Part shown: piece after piece, positions 1-8,119 of the stretch
Layout of the letters: each line of letters begins with the position of its first letter
How positions within the stretch are numbered: position 1 is the first letter of the stretch
Assembly: GCA_023132875.1 (NCBI GenBank)
Contig: JAGLXN010000008.1
Coordinates: forward strand, 1-53,752
Length of the DNA stretch: 53,752 bases
DNA from: Candidatus Parcubacteria bacterium
Lineage (GTDB): Bacteria; Patescibacteriota; Minisyncoccia; JAHIHE01; JAGLIN01
Reading direction: 5' to 3'
The notes under the pieces: generated by a model
What the model was told of the DNA's origin: nothing
Database searches by the model: none
What the model saw: only the letters and a program-made list of their open reading frames with translations
Made by a program: the position numbers and the translations under genes

Positions 1-169
1 GCCAATTGTTATAATGTCATACATAGATTTTATTTTATAGTAAGTATTTATACTTTTATTTTAACCTATTTTCAATATTTTTTCAAATTTATAAAACAGA
101 CACATTATTTTAATAAATGCGTCTATTTTGGGAAATGATTTGTGATTTATTGCAAGCATACCAGTATTT

Positions 170-1321
170 TTACGTCTTAACTTCATATTCTTTTCCTTTA
201 AATTTCGTCGTTATTTTCCCATCGGGAGAAATATTAATATCAAGACTTTCATTATAATCAGGAACATAATTCTCCACATCTTTACCCGCTTTTAATTGAT
301 GTTGAAGAAAAGAACGGATCAATTCCATATGACTAATCATCCAAATAACTAGATTTCTTTCCTGATCTTCTTTTTTTATTTTGTTATTGTATAACTCCAT
401 CATTTTTATGACCAATTTAAATCTTTCAGCAAGATCTTTTGGTCCTTCGGCTTTTGTCTCCTTTCTTAAGTCCTCAAGCTCTTCAACAATATTATAATAA
501 GGCTCCCACCAATCTTCCTTGCCAAACTTTTCATGCAATGCTTTTATGTAAGCTTTTGGATTTGGCGCATCAAAAATATAAAAAATATCTAACTCCCTTA
601 ATTTTTCATTTGGTCCAATTCCCGTAATCCGTATATTTTCTTTGATTTTTTTTCCTAATTCCGTATTTTCTTTCATCTCAGAAGAAATTGTATCTAAAAT
701 TACTTTTGTCGTCTCCTTTCCGCGGCCTCCAAAACCCTTAGCAAATCCTTGCTCGTCTCGCCAATCCATCCATTCAGTAGGACTATAAAGAAAAATTACA
801 TCAGCCGGCTTGTTCTCTGCGGTAATTTCTTTTAATCTTTCCAGTGTCGCTTCTTTGGTTAATTCTTTACCTTTGTCAGTAAGCGAACCAGCATCACTTT
901 CTTTTTTTACTTCGTTAAAATTTCTATTATTATCTATATAATCTTTAAACATTTCCTTGGCTTTCTCTGAATTTTCAGCAAATTCAATTTCTACAAGAAA
1001 ATTCAAGAAATCTTCTTCTTCCGGAGAATTTAATAATTTTCCATCATCTACAAGCTTTATCAACTCATCTTCAATAAATTCTGAGTTTTCTATTTTTTCT
1101 CGATCTTCTTCTTCAATAACATTTTTCTTTATCAGAAAATTTATTAAATCTTGTTTCTTCTCACCTGTGATTTCAATCCTCCAATAACATTCATCTCTCG
1201 GATCCTTTTTATATTCACTGTGCCGTTGAAAAATAATTTTTGTATCCCACGGCTCTTCTTTTTCTTTCTGTTCTGTTTGAGATTCTGTTAAAATTTCAGA
1301 TCCTATTTTCTCTTGATTCAT
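170..1321 (-). CDS. Histidine phosphatase superfamily protein with a large acidic insertion
   Basis: IIFQRHS resembles the RHG motif; GSLTDKG, YSP..R..ET and ISHMELIRSFL match the later branch-1 motifs. About 100 acidic residues separate RH from LTxxG. Confidence 0.6.
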   Translation of the reverse strand: MNQEKIGSEILTESQTEQKEKEEPWDTKIIFQRHSEYKKDPRDECYWRIEITGEKKQDLINFLIKKNVIEEEDREKIENSEFIEDELIKLVDDGKLLNSPEEEDFLNFLVEIEFAENSEKAKEMFKDYIDNNRNFNEVKKESDAGSLTDKGKELTKEATLERLKEITAENKPADVIFLYSPTEWMDWRDEQGFAKGFGGRGKETTKVILDTISSEMKENTELGKKIKENIRITGIGPNEKLRELDIFYIFDAPNPKAYIKALHEKFGKEDWWEPYYNIVEELEDLRKETKAEGPKDLAERFKLVIKMMELYNNKIKKEDQERNLVIWMISHMELIRSFLQHQLKAGKDVENYVPDYNESLDINISPDGKITTKFKGKEYEVKT

Positions 1322-1359
1322 AATTTTTCCTTTTTAATTATAAATTACTAATTATTTTC

Positions 1360-2451
1360 TCATCCAATAAAATCATTTCTTGGATCAAAAAGTTTCATAA
1401 AAAAGTTTATTGACACTTTTTCGCTATTTTTATATTGATTCCAAAATTTTAAACCCCAATTATCAATTCTGTCGTATACTTCCTGTGAAGGTCTCCAATC
1501 TTCTTTATAATATTTGAAAAAATCTCTATTTGAATAATAATATATCTCTGCTCCTTTTTTTATAATTTTTTGAGGTGTAAGTTTATTGACTTTCTGCGAT
1601 TGACTTTCTGTCAAAATAGAAAAATATTTAAATAGAGAATTAATCTCTGACAAAGAAACTACATTTTTCCCATCAACTAATATTGAAAAAGAAATTAGCT
1701 CTTTTCCAAGCGATTTGGAAGAATTAACTTGATCAATAAAATTTATTTTAATTCCAATATTTTTAGGATATTTTAGATATATTTTAACTGATGAATATTT
1801 GTTTTTGATTAGCCAAATTTCTTTGGGATTTATATCAAAATAATCTCTGATTAAAATATAATAATTACCAACTAAATATGGACCGTGAATTTCACTTCCT
1901 GCAGATCTATATGGATCAAAATATAACGACCAAATTAAACTATCCAAAGAAACAATCAAACTACCTATTTCTTTTTTTGCCGTTAAATCTGAAGACTTAG
2001 TCCATATTAAATTTTTATTTATTTCCTTTATTTCTTTATTGTCTAATATTTTATAGTTTTCATTTAAGCAAAATAACTTTTCTTTTGATTTCTTCTTGGC
2101 AACATTAAGCATAAAAACTATAAAATCAACTATTTCTTTTTGAGTTATAGGATAATTTTCAAATCTCTTAAGCACTTTTAATCCTGCAACCTTTGAATGA
2201 TGCAACATATTATGTATAGCAAACATTCTGAGTGTATTTAACGCTTTTTCAAATTCCTTTGGATTATTTTTAAATTTTTCAAAAAATATTTTTGAATAAA
2301 TATCACTAAAATAAGCTTCTATCTGAGAAACATTAGCAGGCCAAACTGTTCTTGTGTCTATTGTTGAAATACAATTTTTGTTAGCTAAAAGAAAATTATC
2401 TATAATTTCATTTTGTTTTTTGCTTATTTTATAAGATTGATTTTTAATCAT
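1360..2451 (-). CDS. Hypothetical protein, coupled to the upstream swivel-domain gene
   Basis: Long ORF. Start at 2451 (MIKNQ) is preferred because it lies 4 bp after the upstream stop, whereas the track start at 2490 overlaps that gene. No motif recognised. Confidence 0.75.
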   Translation of the reverse strand: MIKNQSYKISKKQNEIIDNFLLANKNCISTIDTRTVWPANVSQIEAYFSDIYSKIFFEKFKNNPKEFEKALNTLRMFAIHNMLHHSKVAGLKVLKRFENYPITQKEIVDFIVFMLNVAKKKSKEKLFCLNENYKILDNKEIKEINKNLIWTKSSDLTAKKEIGSLIVSLDSLIWSLYFDPYRSAGSEIHGPYLVGNYYILIRDYFDINPKEIWLIKNKYSSVKIYLKYPKNIGIKINFIDQVNSSKSLGKELISFSILVDGKNVVSLSEINSLFKYFSILTESQSQKVNKLTPQKIIKKGAEIYYYSNRDFFKYYKEDWRPSQEVYDRIDNWGLKFWNQYKNSEKVSINFFMKLFDPRNDFIG

Positions 2452-2455
2452 TTTT

Positions 2456-2797
2456 CTAAATTTTATAAATAACGCCCTTTTTTCCATCAACTCTAATTTT
2501 CATCCCATCTTTTAAAACTTTAGTCGCTTTTTCTGTTCCAACCACACAAGGAATCCCAAGCTCACGAGAAACGATCGAGGGATGCGAAGTCAGACCTCCT
2601 ATGTCAGTAACAATAGCGGCAGCTTTTGTTATTATCATTATCATTGAAGGATTTGTGATTCTAGTCACTAAAATATCACCTTCTTTGAATTCAGCAGAAG
2701 AGAAATCTAAATCTTTTACAACTTTTACCACTCCCTCAACTTCCCCCACACTTGCACCGGTCCCCTTTAGAATAATTTTAGATTCTTTTGTTTTCAT
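2456..2797 (-). CDS. Stand-alone PEP-utilising enzyme mobile (swivel phosphohistidine) domain
   Basis: GDILVTRITNPS and GGLTSHPSIVSRELGIPCVVG match the PEP-utiliser mobile domain with its phospho-acceptor His; only 113 aa. Confidence 0.9.
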   Translation of the reverse strand: MKTKESKIILKGTGASVGEVEGVVKVVKDLDFSSAEFKEGDILVTRITNPSMIMIITKAAAIVTDIGGLTSHPSIVSRELGIPCVVGTEKATKVLKDGMKIRVDGKKGVIYKI

Positions 2798-2901
2798 AAT
2801 TCTGCTTTTTTATATTTATAAATTCCTTCCCGCGCCCAAAAAACACAAGATGTTAAACACAAAGAGAAAATTAAACCGCAAAAAGATCATAGCGTATTGA
2901 T

Positions 2902-2956
2902 AATAAAAGAGTAGTGTCTTTTGTAACGGCCGTTGCAAAGGACACTACGCTTTATT
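2902..2956 (-). terminator. Long hairpin downstream of gpmI, probable intrinsic terminator
   Basis: Near-perfect inverted repeat GTAGTGTC..AACGG/CCGTT..GACACTAC centred on CGGCCG, with T-rich flanks. Confidence 0.55.
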
Positions 2957-3005
2957 ATTGTCATTTTGAACCCGATAAATAATAACAATATAACAATATA
3001 ACAAT

Positions 3006-4562
3006 TTACTTCTCAATCAAACTTCCTAAAACCATGTCTTTCGGTTTTTCAATATTCAAAGCATCAAGCAATGTCGGAGCTACATTTCCCAAAATTCCGT
3101 TGCGCCTTAATTTGCATTTCTCCGGACTGTATCCATTTTTAGCTATGATAAACGGAACTGGATTTTTGCTGTGCATTGTCATAACCTCCTTTGTTTTTAA
3201 ATCAATCATTTCATCAGCATTGCCGTGATCAGCTGTAATAATCGCTGTCCCTCCGCTTTCTAAAATCTTTTCAATTACCTGTTTTAAACATTTGTCTAAA
3301 AATTCTACCGCTGTTATAGTCGCCTTTAAATTGCCGGTATGCCCAACCATATCAGCGTTCGCGTAATTTACGGCTATAAAATCATACACGCTGTACTCTA
3401 TATTTGAAGTTATAACTTTTGTAATATCATTTGCCGACATTTCAGGCTGTTGGTCATAAGAAAAAACATTTGGTGATGGAATTTTTTCTCTGTCTTCCTT
3501 ATCAACAAGATTTTTATGCCCGCCATTTAAAAAATATGTTATGTGGGGATATTTTTCCGATTCAGAAATATAAAGCTGCTTCAAATTTTTCAACACAGAT
3601 GGAATGGTATTTTTAATCTCTTGAGAAGAATAAGCCACTTGCACAGGAAGATCCGGGCCAAAATCAGTCAGCGTGCAAGCAAAAATATCTTTAAGCTTAT
3701 GCGGCCTGTTTTCGTACCCAATCACATCATCAAGAACAAATAATTTTGTGAACTGTCTTGCCCTGTCTCCGCGAACATTGAAAAATATTATCGCATCATT
3801 ATCCTTTATCTTTGCCATGGGTTTGTTTTTTTTGTCCATAATAACCGTTGGAACAATAAATTCATCAGTTAAGCCCTGTTTGTAAGAGCTTTCAATTGCC
3901 TCTTCCGCTGAATTGCTTTTAGCTCCATCTCCCAAAACCATTACATCATACGCTCTTTGCAATCTATCCCAGTGCTTAACCCTGTCCATGCCATAATATC
4001 TGCCGCCTATAGTAGCAATTTTGCCAATTCCTATTTCTTCTATTTTATTATTTAAATCCTTTAAAAAAGAAAAGGCTTTTTTTCTATAAGTATCTCTTCC
4101 GTCCGTGAAAAGATGCAGATAAACCTGTTTTATTCTTTTTTGTTTCGCAAGCTTTAAAAGAGCGTAAAGATGATCAGGATCACTGTGCGGACTGTCAAGT
4201 TCAGATAAAAGTCCGATGAAATGAAGATTCTTTTTTTTCACTAATGCATGGTTTATAGTTCTTAAAATTTTCGGGTTTTTGAAAAATTTTCCCGACTCAA
4301 TATCTTCTCTTATGATTTGCGAGTCCTGTTCTATAATCCTTCCAGCACCTATATTAAAATGCCCCGCCTCGCTTCCGCTTCTTTCATTCTCGCTAAGTCC
4401 CACAGCAAGCCCAGTCGCGTTAAGCATTGTAGAAGGATATTTTCTTACTAAATTATCAAAAAAGGGCTTCTTCGCCAATTCAATGGCATTACCCCTATTT
4501 TTCGGAGCAACTCCCCAGCCATCAAGGATTATTAGAATGTTTGTTGGTTTTTTCATAAACAA
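3006..4562 (-). CDS. gpmI: 2,3-bisphosphoglycerate-independent phosphoglycerate mutase
   Basis: LIILDGWG, SEAGHFNIGAGR, HLFTDGRD, NADMVGHTG and TADHGNAD motifs. Confidence 0.97.
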   Translation of the reverse strand: MFMKKPTNILIILDGWGVAPKNRGNAIELAKKPFFDNLVRKYPSTMLNATGLAVGLSENERSGSEAGHFNIGAGRIIEQDSQIIREDIESGKFFKNPKILRTINHALVKKKNLHFIGLLSELDSPHSDPDHLYALLKLAKQKRIKQVYLHLFTDGRDTYRKKAFSFLKDLNNKIEEIGIGKIATIGGRYYGMDRVKHWDRLQRAYDVMVLGDGAKSNSAEEAIESSYKQGLTDEFIVPTVIMDKKNKPMAKIKDNDAIIFFNVRGDRARQFTKLFVLDDVIGYENRPHKLKDIFACTLTDFGPDLPVQVAYSSQEIKNTIPSVLKNLKQLYISESEKYPHITYFLNGGHKNLVDKEDREKIPSPNVFSYDQQPEMSANDITKVITSNIEYSVYDFIAVNYANADMVGHTGNLKATITAVEFLDKCLKQVIEKILESGGTAIITADHGNADEMIDLKTKEVMTMHSKNPVPFIIAKNGYSPEKCKLRRNGILGNVAPTLLDALNIEKPKDMVLGSLIEK

Positions 4563-4584
4563 TAATTTTTAATTTTGTAATTTT

Positions 4585-4788
4585 CCAGCCAGAGGCTGGT
4601 CCGCCTTGGGCGGGTAATTTTGTAAATAAATCTTAATTTTTAATTTTTAAAACCATCATTCCTGGAACGAGTTTGCCAACCTGTCCGGCAGGCAGGCAGC
4701 TCGTTTCTTTTGTTTTGAGGTTTCAATGATTTTGTTTTATCGTAACCATTGAAAGATTCTGATCCGCCAGCTGGCGGACAGAATGACA
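4585..4788. repeat. Composite of short palindromic elements between eno and gpmI
   Basis: CCAGCCAGAGGCTGGTCCGCCTTGGGCGG (4585-4613), CCTGTCCGGCAGGCAGG (4680-4696) and AGATTCTGATCCGCCAGCTGGCGGACAGAATGACA (4754-4788); each has relatives elsewhere in the window. Confidence 0.85.
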
Positions 4789-4888
4789 AGTTAAAATGAC
4801 AATTCAACAATTTGGCAATAGAACAATACGGTAATTATTACTACAATCAAACATTCTAAATTTCTATAATATTTTTCACAATAATCAC

Positions 4889-6157
4889 TTATCCCAATTC
4901 ATTTTCAATCTCCATCAGCCGATTATATTTCGCCAGTCTTTCTCCTCGCGATAATGATCCCGCTTTCAAAAAATCCGCTCCGACGGCAACAGCTAAATCC
5001 GTAATGAAGTCATCGCAGGTTTCGCCAGATCTATGCGAAACAATAATTTTCCATTTAGCTTTTTGCGCCATTTTAACGCACTCTATTGTTTTAGATAAAG
5101 TTCCGATTTGATTAAGCTTAATAATAATCGCATTAGCGCAATCATTATCAATTGCCTTTTGCAATCTTTTTGTGTTCGTCACGGTTAAATCGTCCGCTAC
5201 GATCATTAAATTACTGTTTTCTGCAATTAATTTCTTCTTCATTTCTTTCCACTCATTCCAATCTTCCTCGTTCAATCCATCTTCAATCGAAAATAATGGA
5301 TACTTTTTAATCCATTCCAAATATAATGCTATTAATCTTTGATAATCCAAAGAAATGTTTTCGGGCTTTAAAATATATTTATTATCATCCAAAGAAAAAA
5401 ATGAATTTGTGGCAGCATCTATAGCAATAAAAACATCTTTTCTTAATTCATAATTTGATTTTTTAACAGCACTGCTTATCAAATCAAAGGTTTGAGCATG
5501 GCTATCCAACTTGGGAGCAAAACCTCCTTCATCGCCAACCCCAGTTGAATACCCATTTGCAGAAAGAATGCTTTTAAGATTATGGAAAATTTCACTTCCA
5601 GCTCTTATTTTTTCCTTAGTTGTTTTTATACCTTTCGGCACAATCATAAATTCCTGAATCGAAAGTCCGCTATCCACGTGCTTGCCGCCATTTAGAATGT
5701 TAAACATAGGGATTGGTAATTGGTAATTGGTAATTGGTAATTGGTAAGTTTTTGCAATGTATTTATATAATGGTTTATTCGTCACCGCGGCTCCGACTCT
5801 GGCACAGGCAAGAGATACCCCCAAAATCGCGTTTGCTCCTAAATTTGATTTATTTTCAGTACCGTCAAGATCAAGCATAATTTTATCAATTTTTTTCTGC
5901 GCAGTAACTGGCTGTCCTTTCAAAGCTTTTGCAATTTCTTTATTAACATTCTCACAAGCTTTCAAAACGCCTTTGCCGCTATATCTTGACTTATCTCCAT
6001 CCCGCAATTCCAAAGCTTCGAATTCCCCCGTTGACGCTCCGGAAGGAACGGCGGCAACAGCTTTAATCTTATTTTCCAAAACAACTTCAACCTCAACAGT
6101 CGGATTCCCGCGAGAATCAAGAATTTCCCGCGCTTTTATTTTTTTGATTTTATTCAT
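4889..6157 (-). CDS. eno: Enolase
   Basis: DSRGNPTVE, VPSGASTG, GDEGGFAP, SHRSGET and RGERLAKYNRL motifs. Confidence 0.98.
   Translation of the reverse strand: MNKIKKIKAREILDSRGNPTVEVEVVLENKIKAVAAVPSGASTGEFEALELRDGDKSRYSGKGVLKACENVNKEIAKALKGQPVTAQKKIDKIMLDLDGTENKSNLGANAILGVSLACARVGAAVTNKPLYKYIAKTYQLPITNYQLPIPMFNILNGGKHVDSGLSIQEFMIVPKGIKTTKEKIRAGSEIFHNLKSILSANGYSTGVGDEGGFAPKLDSHAQTFDLISSAVKKSNYELRKDVFIAIDAATNSFFSLDDNKYILKPENISLDYQRLIALYLEWIKKYPLFSIEDGLNEEDWNEWKEMKKKLIAENSNLMIVADDLTVTNTKRLQKAIDNDCANAIIIKLNQIGTLSKTIECVKMAQKAKWKIIVSHRSGETCDDFITDLAVAVGADFLKAGSLSRGERLAKYNRLMEIENELG
5712..5746. repeat. (ATTGGTA)x5 tandem array inside eno
   Basis: Five perfect 7-bp units, translated as YQLPITNYQLPI. 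Confidence 0.95.
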
Positions 6158-6169
6158 TATTTTTAATTC

Positions 6170-6727
6170 TTAATTCTTAATTCGTTCTTCCACCTCAAAC
6201 TCATTTGAATAAAAAGTTTCAAAACTTCTGCATGTATCGTAACCAGGTTTTCCACAGTTATAATATACATTAACAACAGTTCTATAAACACCTTTGCCTG
6301 ATTGCGGCAAATCTATTTCACATTTGATAACGCTATTTTTTTTATCAAAAGCATGTTCGTCATAGATTTTATTGCTTATAATTTTATTTTCTGCAACCCA
6401 CTTTCCATTTATTTTTTTCTCAAAATTATTCAAATATTCACAAGGCTCAAAATACACAGGTTCTCCTGAATTATTTTTAACAATTAAAACAATTTCGTCA
6501 TTTAAGTTATAAATATTCTTATCAGTTAATATTTTCACATCTTTACTGTCTTTTAGATAATGCTCCTTGTAAATTTTATTTGTTCCAAAAACAGAAAGAA
6601 CAAAAAAAGAAAAAAGCGGAATAAGAATTATCATTAAAATTACTTCAAAATAAATATTCCCATTCAGGCGCTTTTGCTGCTTCTTTTTTTGTTTTGTTAT
6701 TTTTGTTTTGCTTATTTGCTTTTTCAT
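6170..6727 (-). CDS. Membrane-anchored protein with a probable Ig-like beta-sandwich domain
   Basis: Basic N-terminus, one hydrophobic helix, then beta-rich TDKNIYNLNDEIVLIVKNNS and GVYRTVV..FYSNEFEV segments. Confidence 0.6.
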   Translation of the reverse strand: MKKQISKTKITKQKKKQQKRLNGNIYFEVILMIILIPLFSFFVLSVFGTNKIYKEHYLKDSKDVKILTDKNIYNLNDEIVLIVKNNSGEPVYFEPCEYLNNFEKKINGKWVAENKIISNKIYDEHAFDKKNSVIKCEIDLPQSGKGVYRTVVNVYYNCGKPGYDTCRSFETFYSNEFEVEERIKN

Positions 6728-6838
6728 AATATTTTTTATGAATTAATTTTTATACTTGTTTAATGATTGCTTTGATTCTCTGAATCTTGTGCTTGTTCCA
6801 TATATTTTAGTTATTATATTTGAAAGCTTGCATTCTGG

Positions 6839-6867
6839 GTTCCACAGCCCTATCGGGACTATGAAAC
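6839..6867. repeat. 29-bp palindromic element, intergenic copy
   Basis: Reverse complement GTTTCATAGTCCCGATAGGGCTGTGGAAC matches 53130-53158 at 26 of 29 positions. Confidence 0.85.
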
Positions 6868-6891
6868 CATCAATAATTCCGACGCGATAAA

Positions 6892-7938
6892 CTATTTAAA
6901 ATTATAATTTAACCACCTTATATACAGCCCGCTTCCGATCATAATTGGCAAAGGCAAAACTGTTAAAGTAAACATTCCCCAAAGTCCACTGATTAAAACA
7001 ACTAATACGGCTCCAGAGAGCATTAAGAAGTAACTCCACAAATTTCTGATTCTTTTAACAGCAAATAAGCAGATACCGATCAAAAATATTGGATAAAGAA
7101 AAAATAAGTTAGTAAGAAGAAAAATCGGCAAATTTTCCATATTAAACCCATATCTGAATATTGTATAAAGCTGGTTTAGGGAAGAACTCCAATAAGTATT
7201 ATCTTCATTAAATATTACCCAAGCTTTTTCAACATACGGAACTGTCATAGACTCATAAAATTTTATGCCCATCTCATCACTTGTGTCATTTAAAATACTG
7301 TTTCGAACTTCAGAAGAACTGGCGTTTTCTTCATATATTCTCAGCCAAGCATGCGTTCCGCCGGCAAACCCTCCTGTTATATATACATTATACCCTAGAT
7401 TCTTCAAAATTGCATACCCTACCAAAGCCCGTCCGCGGCAATCAGATGACATAAGATTCATAACTCTATCCGTTGTTGGATAATAAAAACTAGAAATATG
7501 ATAAGGTATTTGATTATGAACATAACTTTCAATTTCATCCGCGACATAAGATAAATTACTTGAATTATTAGAATAATTCTTAAAATCCTCCGTCATTCTA
7601 ATAATTTCTGGATGATTTCTGTCAATAATCAACTCTGGATTGTTCATCTTATACTTTTCCATTGCATTTCCAACAATTATCGGAGAAGATATAATCCCAA
7701 TAATAAAAAGAATTAAAACCATTTTCTTCAATGATCCAAAAATATCTTTGAAGCTAAAAAAACCGATAAACAGCGGCACAGCGGTAATAATCAAAACCAT
7801 ACCGAATAAAACAGGTGATAAATATAAAAATAATATTACAAGAACAAGCAAAAAAACTGACATTAAGTAAATATTTCTTTCTAACTTTTTGATAAATTTA
7901 AAAATCATTTTATAATACAAGTTAGATTTTACAAACAC
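6892..7938 (-). CDS. Membrane protein with a transglutaminase-like extracytoplasmic domain
   Basis: N- and C-terminal TM helices; SDCRGRA..YAILKNLG and THAWL resemble the transglutaminase-like Cys/His motifs. The real start may be downstream of 7938. Confidence 0.6.
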   Translation of the reverse strand: MFVKSNLYYKMIFKFIKKLERNIYLMSVFLLVLVILFLYLSPVLFGMVLIITAVPLFIGFFSFKDIFGSLKKMVLILFIIGIISSPIIVGNAMEKYKMNNPELIIDRNHPEIIRMTEDFKNYSNNSSNLSYVADEIESYVHNQIPYHISSFYYPTTDRVMNLMSSDCRGRALVGYAILKNLGYNVYITGGFAGGTHAWLRIYEENASSSEVRNSILNDTSDEMGIKFYESMTVPYVEKAWVIFNEDNTYWSSSLNQLYTIFRYGFNMENLPIFLLTNLFFLYPIFLIGICLFAVKRIRNLWSYFLMLSGAVLVVLISGLWGMFTLTVLPLPIMIGSGLYIRWLNYNFK

Positions 7939-7945
7939 ATTTATT

Positions 7946-8093
7946 TCCCCCTGATAAGGGGGATTAAGGGGGATTGGATACTGGCAGAGTCATAACTACA
8001 AAAGAAAATTGAGAAGATATTTTAACTTTTCAATTTTAAATTATAATTCTGTGATTCTCCAAACCCCTCCTAGCCTCCCCTTATCAGGGGAGA
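7946..8093. repeat. MITE/REP-like element with CCCCTGATAAGGGG inverted ends
   Basis: Left end TCCCCCTGATAAGGGGGATTAAGGGGGATT; right end is the reverse complement of TTCTCCCCTGATAAGGGGAGGCTAGGAGGGGTT. Related to the murD insertion. Confidence 0.75.
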
Positions 8094-8119
8094 AAGTACA
8101 TATTGAAATCCATAATAAA

